Positions 51,033-62,460 of a DNA stretch of 64,000 bases are shown here, one piece after another. The translations under genes and the position numbers were made by a program. The notes beneath the pieces are model-generated. The model was given only the letters and a program-made list of their open reading frames with translations. It was not told the origin of the DNA and did not search any database. The stretch comes from the human T2T-CHM13v2.0 reference genome, Homo sapiens, in assembly GCF_009914755.1 (NCBI RefSeq), contig NC_060929.1. The stretch is one strand, 5' to 3'. The number at the start of each line of letters is the position of its first letter. Positions within the stretch are counted from its first letter, which is position 1.

Positions 51033-54000
51033 CATTCTCAGAAACTGCTTTGTGATGTGTGCATTTAAGTCACAGACTTGAAACTTCCTTTAGGTAGAGC
51101 AGTGTTGAAACACACTTTTTGTATAATCTACAAGTGTTCTTTGGAGTGCTTTGTTGCCTATTTTGGAAAAAGAAATATCTTCACATAGAAACTAGACAGA
51201 AGCATTCTCAGAAACTCCTTTGTGATGGGTGTGTTCAATTCACATTGTTGAACCTTTCTTTTGATACAGCAGTGTTGAAACAAACATTTTGTAGAATCTG
51301 CAAGTGTTCATTTCAAATGCTTTGTGGCCTATGTTGGAAAAAGTGATATCTTCACCTAAAAAATAGACAGAAGCATTCTCAGGAACTGCTTTGTAATATG
51401 TGCATTCAACTCACAGAGTTGAACCTTCCTTTTGAGAGAGCGGTTTTGAACCAGTCTTTTCGTAGTATCTGCAAGTGGATATTTGGAGCGATTTGAGGTC
51501 TAAGAAGGAAAAGGAAGTACCTTCAAATAAAAACTAGACAGAAGCTTTCTCAGAAACTGCTTTGTGATGTGCGCATTTAACTCAAAGTCTTGATCCTTAC
51601 TTTTGTTAGAGCAGTGTTGAAACACACTTTTTGTAGAACCTGGTAGTGTTCATTTGGAGAGATTTGTTGCCTATGGTGGAAAAAGGATTATCTTCTCTTA
51701 AAAACTAGACAGAAGCATTCTTAGAAACTGCTTTGTGATGTGTGTGTTCAATTCACAGAGTTGAAACTTTCCTTTGACTGAGCAGGTTTGAAACACTGCT
51801 TCTGTAGAATCTGCTTGTGGATATTGGGAGCTCCTTGAGGAATACGTTGTAAAAGGCATATCTTCACATACAAACTAGACAGAAGCATTCTCAGAAACTG
51901 CTTTGTGATGTATGCATTCAACTCACAGAGTTGAACCTTCCATTTGAGAGAGCAGTGTTGAAACAGTCTTTTTGTAGTATCTTCAAGTGGATATTTGGAG
52001 CGATTTGAGGCCTATGATGGAAAAGGAAATATCTTCACATACAAACTAGACAGAAGCATTCTCAGAAACTGCTTTGTGATGTGTGCATTCAACCCACAGA
52101 GTTGAACCTTCCTTTTGAGAGAGCAGTGTTGAAACGGTCTTTTGTAGTATCTGCAAGTGGATATTTGGAGCGATTTGAGGCCTAGGATGGAAAAGGAAAT
52201 ATCTTCACATACAAACTAGACAGAAGCATTCTCAGAAACTGCTTTGTGATGTGTGCATTCAACCGACAGATTTGAACTTTCCTTTTGAGAGGGAGGTTTT
52301 GAAACAGTCTTTTTGTAGTATCTGCAAGTGGATATTTGTAGTGACTTGGGGCCTCAGGTGGAAAAGGAAATACCTTCACATACAAAGTAGACAGAAGTAT
52401 TCTCAGAAACTCCATTGTGATGTGTGCACTCAACTCACAGAGTTGAACCTTCCTTTTGAGAGAGCAGTTTTGAAACAGTCTTTTTGTAACGTCTGCAGGT
52501 GGATATTTGGAGCGATTCGAGTACTATGATGGAAAAGGAAATATCTTCACATACAAACTAAACAGAAGCATTCTCAGAAACTTCTTGTGATGTGTGCATT
52601 CACCTAACCGAGTGGAACCGTTCTTTTGATAGAGCAGTTTTGAATCAGTCTTTTGGTAGGACCTGCAAGTTTTCATTTGGAGCGCTTTGAAGCCCATGGT
52701 GGAAAAGGGACTATCTTCACAAAAAACTAGGCAGAAGCCTTCTCAGGAACTTCATTGAGATGTGTGCATTCAACTAACAGAGTTGAAACTGTCTTTTGAC
52801 AGAGGAGGAATGAAACACTCCTTTTGTAGTATCTGATTGTGTATATTTGGAACTCTTTGAGTTATTCGTTGGAAACGGGTATCTTCACCTAAAAAGTAGA
52901 CCCAAGCATTCTCAGAAGGTCCTTTGTGATGTGTGCGTTCAACTCACAGACTTGAAACTTTCTTTTGATAGAGCAGTGTTGAAACACACTTTTTGTAGAA
53001 TCCACAAGTATTCATTTGGAGCGCTTTGTTGCCTATGTGGGAAAAAGTAATATCTTCACTTAAAAACTAGACAGAAGCATTCTCTGAAACTCCTCTGTGA
53101 AGTGTGTGTTCAATTCACATCGTTGAACCTTTCTTTTGATGGAGCAGTGTTGAAACATACTTTTTGTAGAATCTGCAAGTGTCCATTTCGAGTTCTTTTG
53201 TGCGTATGTTGGAAAAAGTGATATCTTCAACTGAAAAATAGACAGAAGCATTCCAGAAACTGCTTTGTAACATGTGCATTCAACTCACAGTGTTGAACCT
53301 TCCTTTTGAGAGAGCGGTTTTGAAACAGTCTTTTTGTAGTATCTGCAAGTGGATATTTGCAGTGATTTGAGGCCGAAGAAGGAAAAGGAAATACCTTCAA
53401 ATAAAAAACTAGACGGAAGCATTTTCAGAAACTGCCTTGTGATGTGTGCATTCAACTCACAGAGTTGAACCTTCCTTTTGAGAGAGAAGTTTTGAAACAG
53501 TCTTTTTGTAGTATTTGCAAGTGGATATTTGGAGCGATTTGTGGAGTATGGTGGAAAATGAAATATCTTCACATACAAACTAGACAGAAGCATTCTCAGA
53601 AACTGCTTTGTGATGTGTGCATTTAAGTCACAGACTTGAAACTTCCTTTAGGTAGAGCAGTGTTGAAACACACTTTTTGTATAATCTACAAGTGTTCTTT
53701 GGAGTGCTTTGTTGCCTATTTTGGAAAAAGAAATATCTTCACATAGAAACTAGACAGAAGCATTCTCAGAAACTCCTTTGTGATGGGTGTGTTCAATTCA
53801 CATTGTTGAACCTTTCTTTTGATACAGCAGTGTTGAAACAAACATTTTGTAGAATCTGCAAGTGTTCATTTCAAATGCTTTGTGGCCTATGTTGGAAAAA
53901 GTGATATCTTCACCTAAAAAATAGACAGAAGCATTCTCAGGAACTGCTTTGTAATATGTGCATTCAACTCACAGAGTTGAACCTTCCTTTTGAGAGAGCG

Positions 54001-57000
54001 GTTTTGAACCAGTCTTTTCGTAGTATCTGCAAGTGGATATTTGGAGCGATTTGAGGTCTAAGAAGGAAAAGGAAGTACCTTCAAATAAAAACTAGACAGA
54101 AGCTTTCTCAGAAACTGCTTTGTGATGTGCGCATTTAACTCAAAGTCTTGATCCTTACTTTTGTTAGAGCAGTGTTGAAACACACTTTTTGTAGAACCTG
54201 GTAGTGTTCATTTGGAGAGATTTGTTGCCTATGGTGGAAAAAGGATTATCTTCTCTTAAAAACTAGACAGAAGCATTCTTAGAAACTGCTTTGTGATGTG
54301 TGTGTTCAATTCACAGAGTTGAAACTTTCCTTTGACTGAGCAGGTTTGAAACACTGCTTCTGTAGAATCTGCTTGTGGATATTGGGAGCTCCTTGAGGAA
54401 TACGTTGTAAAAGGCATATCTTCACATACAAACTAGACAGAAGCATTCTCAGAAACTGCTTTGTGATGTGTGCATTCAACTCACAGAGTTGAACCTTCCA
54501 TTTGAGAGAGGAGTGTTGAAACAGTCTTTTTGTAGTATCTTCAAGTGGATATTTGGAGCGATTTGAGGCCTATGATGGAAAAGGAAATATTTTCACATAC
54601 AAACTAGACAGAAGCATTCTCAGAAACTGCTTTGTGATGTGTGCATTCAACCCACAGAGTTGAACCTTCCTTTTGAGAGAGCAGTGTTGAAACGGTCTTT
54701 TGTAGTATCTGCAAGTGGATATTTGGGGCGATTTGAGGCCTATGATGGAAAAGGAAATATCTTCACATACAAACTAGACAGAAGCATTCTCAGAAACTGC
54801 TTTGTGATGTGTGCATTCAACCGACAGATTTGAACTTTCCTTTGGAGAGGGAGGTTTTGAAACAGTCTTTTTGTAGTATCTGCAAGTGGATATTTGTAGT
54901 GACTTGGGGCCTCAGGTGGAAAAGGAAATACCTTCACATACAAAGTAGACAGAAGTATTCTCAGAAACTCCATTGTGATGTGTGCACTCAACTCACAGAG
55001 TTGAACCTTCCTTTTGAGAGAGCAGTTTTGAAACAGTCTTTTTGTAACGTCTGCAGGTGGATATTTGGAGCGATTCGAGTACTATGATGGAAAAGGAAAT
55101 ATCTTCACATACAAACTAAACAGAAGCATTCTCAGAAACTTCTTGTGATGTGTGCATTCACCTAACAGAGTGGAACCGTTCTTTTGATAGAGCAGTTTTG
55201 AATCAGTCTTTTGGTAGGACCTGCAAGTTTTCATTTGGAGCGCTTTGAAGCCCATGGTGGAAAAGGGACTATCTTCACAAAAAACTAGGCAGAAGCCTTC
55301 TCAGGAACTTCATTGAGAAGTGTGCATTCAACTAACAGAGTTGAAACTGTCTTTTGACAGAGGAGGAATGAAACACTCCTTTTGTAGTATCTGATTGTGT
55401 ATATTTGGAACTCTTTGAGTTATTCGTTGGAAACGGGTATCTTCACCTAAAATGTAGACCCAAGCATTCTCAGAAGGTCCTTTGTGATGTGTGCGTTCAA
55501 CTCACAGACTTGAAACTTTCTTTTGATAGAGCAGTGTTGAAACACAGTTTTTGTAGAATCCACAAGTATTCATTTGGAGCGCTTTGTTGCCTATGTGGGA
55601 AAAAGGAATATCTTCACTTAAAAACTAGACAGAAGCATTCTCTGAAACTCCTCTGTGAAGTGTGTGTTCAATTCACATCGTTGAACCTTTCTTTTGATGG
55701 AGCAGTGTTGAAACATACTTTTTGTAGAATCTGCAAGTGTCCATTTCGAGTTCTTTTGTGCGTATGTTGGAAAAAGTGATATCTTCACCTGAAAAATAGA
55801 CAGAAGCATTCCACAAACTGCTTTGTAACATGTGCATTCAACTCACAGTGTTGAACCTTCCTTTTGAGAGAGCGGTTTTGAAACAGTCTTTTTGTAGTAT
55901 CTGCAAGTGGATATTTGCAGTGATTTGAGGCCGAAGAAGGAAAAGGAAATACCTTCAAATAAAAAACTAGACGGAAGCATTTTCAGAAACTGCATTGTGA
56001 TGTGTGCATTCAACTCACAGAGTTGAACCTTCCTTTTGAGAGAGAAGTTTTGAAACAGTCTTTTTGTAGTATTTGCAAGTGGATATTTGGAGCGATTTGT
56101 GGAGTATGCTGGAAAATGAAATATCTTCACATACAAACTAGACAGAAGCATTCGCAGAAACTGCTTTGTGATGTGTGCATTTAAGTCACAGACTTGAAAC
56201 TTCCTTTAGGTAGAGCAGTGTTGAAACACACTTTTTGTATAATCTACAAGTGTTCTTTGGAGTGCTTTGTTGCCTATGTTGGAAAAAGAAATATCTTCAC
56301 ATAAATACTAGACAGAAGCATTCTCAGAAACTCCTTTGTGATGGGTGTGTTCAATTCACATTGTTGAACCTTTCTTTTGATACAGCAGTGTTGAAACAAA
56401 CATTTTGTAGAATCTGCAAGTGTTCATTTCAAATGCTTTGTGGCCTATGTTGGAAAAAGTGATATCTTCACCTAAAAAATAGACAGAAGCATTCTCAGGA
56501 ACTGCTTTGTAATATGTGCATTCAACTCACAGAGTTGAACCTTCCTTTTGAGAGAGCGGTTTTGAACCAGTCTTTTCGTAGTATCTACAAGTGGATATTT
56601 GGAGCGATTTGAGGTCTAAGAAGGAAAAGGAAGTACCTTCAAATAAAAACTAGACAGAAGCTTTCTCAGAAACTGCTTTGTGATGTGCGCATTTAACTCA
56701 AAGTCTTGATCCTTACTTTTGTTAGAGCAGTGTTGAAACACACTTTTTGTAGAACCTGGTAGTGTTCATTTGGAGAGATTTGTTGCCTATGGTGGAAAAA
56801 GGATTATCTTCTCTTAAAAACTAGACAGAAGCATTCTTAGAAACTGCTTTGTGATGTGTGTGTTCAATTCACAGAGTTGAAACTTTCCTTTGACTGAGCA
56901 GGTTTGAAACACTGCTTCTGTAGAATCTGCTTGTGGATATTGGGAGCTCCTTGAGGAATACGTTGTAAAAGGCATATCTTCACATACAAACTAGACACAA

Positions 57001-58706
57001 GCATTCTCAGAAACTGCTTTGTGATGTGTGCATTCAACTCACAGAGTTGAACCTTCCATTTGAGAGAGGAGTGTTGAAACAGTCTTTTTGTAGTATCTTC
57101 AAGTGGATATTTGGAGCGATTTGAGGCCTATGATGGAAAAGGAAATATTTTCACATACAAACTAGACAGAAGCATTCTCAGAAACTGCTTTGTGATGTGT
57201 GCATTCAACCCACAGAGTTGAACCTTCCTTTTGAGAGAGCAGTGTTGAAACGGTCTTTTGTAGTATCTGCAAGTGGATATTTGGGGCGATTTGAGGCCTA
57301 TGATGGAAAAGGAAATATCTTCACATACAAACTAGACAGAAGCATTCTCAGAAACTGCTTTGTGATGTGTGCATTCAACCGACAGATTTGAACTTTCCTT
57401 TGGAGAGGGAGGTTTTGAAACAGTCTTTTTGTAGTATCTGCAAGTGGATATTTCTAGTGACTTGGGGCCTCAGGTGGAAAAGGAAATACCTTCACATACA
57501 AAGTAGACAGAAGTATTCTCAGAAACTCCATTGTGATGTGTGCACTCAACTCACAGAGTTGAACCTTCCTTTTGAGAGAGCAGTTTTGAAACAGTCTTTT
57601 TGTAACGTCTGCAGGTGGATATTTGGAGCGATTCGAGTACTATGATGGAAAAGGAAATATCTTCACATACAAACTAAACAGAAGCATTCTCAGAAACTTC
57701 TTGTGATGTGTGCATTCACCTAACAGAGTGGAACCGTTCTTTTGATAGAGCAGTTTTGAATCAGTCTTTTGGTAGGACCTGCAAGTTTTCATTTGGAGCG
57801 CTTTGAAGCCCATGGTGGAAAAGGGACTATCTTCACAAAAAACTAGGCAGAAGCCTTCTCAGGAACTTCATTGAGATGTGTGCATTCAACTAACAGAGTT
57901 GAAACTGTCTTTTGACAGAGGAGGAATGAAACACTCCTTTTGTAGTATCTGATTGTGTATATTTGGAACTCTTTGAGTTATTCGTTGGAAACGGGTATCT
58001 TCACCTAAAATGTAGACCCAAGCATTCTCAGAAGGTCCTTTGTGATGTGTGCGTTCAACTCACAGACTTGAAACTTTCTTTTGATAGAGCAGTGTTGAAA
58101 CACAGTTTTTGTAGAATCCACAAGTATTCATTTGGAGCGCTTTGTTGCCTATGTGGGAAAAAGGAATATCTTCACTTAAAAACTAGACAGAAGCATTCTC
58201 TGAAACTCCTCTGTGAAGTGTGTGTTCAATTCACATCGTTGAACCTTTCTTTTGATGGAGCAGTGTTGAAACATACTTTTTGTAGAATCTGCAAGTGTCC
58301 ATTTCGAGTTCTTTTGTGCGTATGTTGGAAAAAGTGATATCTTCACCTGAAAAATAGACAGAAGCATTCCACAAACTGCTTTGTAACATGTGCATTCAAC
58401 TCACAGTGTTGAACCTTCCTTTTGAGAGAGCGGTTTTGAAACAGTCTTTTTGTAGTATCTGCAAGTGGATATTTGCAGTGATTTGAGGCCGAAGAAGGAA
58501 AAGGAAATACCTTCAAATAAAAAACTAGACGGAAGCATTTTCAGAAACTGCCTTGTGATGTGTGCATTCAACTCACAGAGTTGAACCTTCCTTTTGAGAG
58601 AGAAGTTTTGAAACAGTCTTTTTGTAGTATTTGCAAGTGGAAATTTGGAGCGATTTGTGGAGTATGGTGGAAAATGAAATATCTTCACATACAAACTAGA
58701 CAGAAG
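51033..58706 (+). repeat. 3 canonical 15-mer HOR copies
   Basis: m1 starts at 51033, 53591, 56149 and next at 58707, each 2558 bp apart. Confidence 0.94.
57980..57996 (+). other. Last intact CENP-B box in the window
   Basis: ATTCGTTGGAAACGGGT; I saw no further copy before position 64000. Confidence 0.9.
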
Positions 58707-60754
58707 CATTCGCAGAAACTGCTTTGTGATGTGTGCATTTAAGTCACAGACTTGAAACTTCCTTTAGGTAGAGCAGTGTTGAAACACACTTTTTGTATAA
58801 TCTACAAGTGTTCTTTGGAGTGCTTTGTTGCCTATGTTGGAAAAAGAAATATCTTCACATAAAAACTAGACAGAAGCATTCTCAGAAACTCCTTTGTGAT
58901 GGGTGTGTTCAATTCACATTGTTGAACCTTTCTTTTGATACAGCAGTGTTGAAACAAACATTTTGTAGAATCTGCAAGTGTTCATTTCAAATGCTTTGTG
59001 GCCTATGTTGGAAAAAGTGATATCTTCACCTAAAAAATAGACAGAAGCATTCTCAGGAACTGCTTTGTAATATGTGCATTCAACTCACAGAGTTGAACCT
59101 TCCTTTTGAGAGAGCGGTTTTGAAACAGTCTTTTTGTAGTATCTGCAAGTGGATATTTGGAGCGATTTGAGGTCTAAGAAGGAAAAGGAAGTACCTTCAA
59201 ATAAAAACTAGACAGAAGCTTTCTCAGAAACTGCTTTGTGATGTGTGCATTTAACTCAAAGTCTTGATCCTTACTTTTGTTAGAGCAGTGTTGAAACACA
59301 CTTTTTGTAGAACCTGGTAGTGTTCATTTGGAGAGATTTGTTGCCTATGGTGGAAAAAGGATTATCTTCTCTTAAAAACTAGACAGAAGCATTCTTAGAA
59401 ACTGCTTTGTGATGTGTGTGTTCAATTCACAGAGTTGAAACTTTCCTTTGACAGAGCAGGTTTGAAACACTGCTTGTGTAGAATCTGCTGGTGGATATTG
59501 GGAGCTCCTTGAGGAATACGTTGTAAAAGGCATATCTTCACATACAAACTAGACAGAAGCATTCTCAGAAACTGCTTTGTGATGTGTGCATTCAACTCAC
59601 AGAGTTGAACCTTCCATTTGAGAGAGCAGTGTTGAAACAGTCTTTTTGTAGTATCTTCAAGTGGATATTTGGAGCGATTTGAGGCCTATGATGGAAAAGG
59701 AAATATCTTCACATACAAATTAGACAGAAGCATTCTCAGAAACTGCTTTGTGATGTGTGCATTCAACCCACAGAGTTGAACCTTCCTGTTGAGAGAGCAG
59801 TGTTGAAACGGTCTTTTGTAGTATCTGCAAGTGGATATTTGGAGCGATTTGAGGCCTATGATGGAAAAGGAAATATCTTCACATACAAACTAGACAGAAG
59901 CATTCTCAGAAACTGCTTTGTGATGTGTGCATTCAACCGACAGATTTGAACTTTCCTTTGGAGAGGGAGGTTTTGAAACAGTCTTTTTTGTAGTATCTGC
60001 AATTGGATATTTGTAGTGACTTGGGGCCTCAGGTGGAAAAGGAAATACCTTCACATACAAAGTAGACAGAAGTATTCTCAGAAACTCCATTGTGATGTGT
60101 GCACTCAACTCACAGAGTTGAACCTTCCTTTTGAGAGAGCAGTTTTGAAACAGTCTTTTTGTAACGTCTGCAGGTGATATTTGGAGCGATTCGTGTAGTA
60201 TGATGGAAAAGGAAATATCTTCACATACAAACTAAACAGAAGCATTCTCAGAAACTTCTTGTGATGTGTGCATTCACCTAACAGAGTGGAACCGTTCTTT
60301 TGATAGAGCATTGTTGAAACATACTTTTTGTAGAATCTGCAAGTGTCCATTTCGAGTTCTTTTGTGCGTATGTTGGAAAAAGTGATATCTTCACCTGAAA
60401 AATAGACAGAAGCATTCCAGAAACTGCTTTGTAACATGTGCATTCAACTCACAGTGTTGAACCTTCCTTTTGAGAGAGCGGTTTTGAAACAGTCTTTTTG
60501 TAGTATCTGCAAGTGGATATTTGCAGTGATTTGAGGCCGAAGAAGGAAAAGGAAATACCTTCAAATAAAAAACTAGACGGAAGCATTTTCAGAAACTGCC
60601 TTGTGATGTGTGCATTCAACTCACAGAGTTGAACCTTCCTTTTGAGAGAGAAGTTTTGAAACAGTCTTTTTGTAGTATTTGCAAGTGGATATTTGGAGCG
60701 ATTTGTGGAGTATGGTGGAAAATGAAGTATCTTCACATACAAACTAGACAGAAG
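58707..60754 (+). repeat. 12-mer HOR structural variant (m1-m9, m10/13, m14, m15); lacks CENP-B box
   Basis: The unit is 2048 bp. m10 (CACCTAACAGAGTGGAACCG) switches to m13 (CATACTTTTTG...GTCCATTTCGAG) at ~60296-60315. m11 and m12 are missing. Confidence 0.92.
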
Positions 60755-62460
60755 CATTGTCAGAAACTGCTTTGTGATGTGTGCATTTAAGTCACAGACT
60801 TGAAACTTCCTTTAGGTAGAGCAGTGTTGAAACACACTTTTTGTATAATCTACAAGTGTTCTTTGGAGTGCTTTGTTGCCTATGTTGGAAAAAGAAATAT
60901 CTTCACATAAAAACTAGACAGAAGCATTCTCAGAAACTCCTTTGTGATGGGTGTGTTCAATTCACATTGTTGAACCTTTCTTTTCATACAGCAGTGTTGA
61001 AACAAACATTTTGTAGAATCTGCAAGTGTTCATTTCAAATGCTTTGTGGCCTTTGTTGGAAAAAGTGTTATCTTCACCTAAAAAATAGACAGAAGCATTC
61101 TCAGGAACTGCTTTCTAATATGTGCATTCAACTCACAGAGTTGAACCTTCCTTTTGAGAGAGCGGTTTTGAAACAGTCTTTTTGTAGTATCTGCAAGTGG
61201 ATATTTGGAGCGATTTGAGGTCTAAGAAGGAAAAGGAAGTACCTTCAAATAAAAACTAGACAGAAGCTTTCTCAGAAACTGCTTTGTGCTGTGCGCATTT
61301 AACTCAAAGTCTTGATCCTTACTTTTGTTAGAGCAGTGTTGAAACACACTTTTTGTAGAACCTGGTAGTGTTCATTTGGAGAGATTTGTTGCCTATGGTG
61401 GAAAAAGGATTATCTTCTCTTAAAACTAGACAGAAGCATTCTTAGAAACTGCTTTGTGATGTGTGTGTTCAATTCACAGAGTTGAAACTTTCCTTTGACA
61501 GAGCAGGTTTGAAACACTGCTTGTGTAGAATCTGCTTGTGGATATTGGGAGCTCCTTGAGGAATACGTTGTAAAAGGCATATCTTCACATACAAACTAGA
61601 CAGAAGCATTCTCAGAAACTGCTTTGTGATGTGTGCATTCAACCCACAGAGTTGAACCTTCCTTTTGAGAGAGCAGTGTTGAAACGGTCTTTTTGTAGTA
61701 TCTGCAAGTGGATATTTGTAGTGACTTGGGGCCTCAGGTGGAAAAGGAAATACCTTCACATACAAAGTAGACAGAAGTATTCTCAGAAACTCCATTGTGA
61801 TGTGTGCACTCAACTCACAGAGTTGAACCTTCCTTTTGAGAGAGCAGTTTTGAAACAGTCTTTTTGTAACGTCTGCAGGTGGATATTTGGAGCGATTCGA
61901 GTACTATGATGTAAAAGGAAATATCTTCACATACAAACTAAACAGAAGCATTCTCAGAAACTTCTTGTGATGTGTGCATTCACCTAACAGAGTGGAACCG
62001 TTCTTTTGATATAGCAGTGTTGAAACATACTTTTTGTAGAATCTGCAAGTGTCCATTTCGAGTTCTTTTGTGCGTATGTTGGAAAAAGTGATATCTTCAC
62101 CTGAAAAATAGACAGAAGCATTCCAGAAACTGCTTTGTAACATGTGCATTCAACTCACAGTGTTGAACCTTCCTTATGAGAGAGCGGTTTTGAAACAGTC
62201 TTTTTGTAGTATCTGCAAGTGGATATTTGCAGTGATTTGAGGCCAAAGAAGGAAAAGGAAATACCTTCAAATAAAAAACTAGACGGAAGCATTTTCAGAA
62301 ACTGCCTTGTGATGTGTGCATTCAACTCATAGAGCTGAACCTTCCTTTTGAGAGAGAAGTTTTGAAACAGTCTTTTTGTAGTATTTGCAAGTGGATATTT
62401 GGAGCGATTTGTGGAGTATGGTGGAAAATGAAATATCTTCACATACAAACTAGACAGAAG
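60755..62460 (+). repeat. 10-mer HOR structural variant (m1-m5, m7/8, m9, m10/13, m14, m15); lacks CENP-B box
   Basis: The unit is 1706 bp. m5 is followed directly by m7 (CAACCCACAG, AAACGGTC), which ends as m8 (GTAGTGACTTGGGG). The m10/13 fusion recurs at ~62000-62025. Confidence 0.92.
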
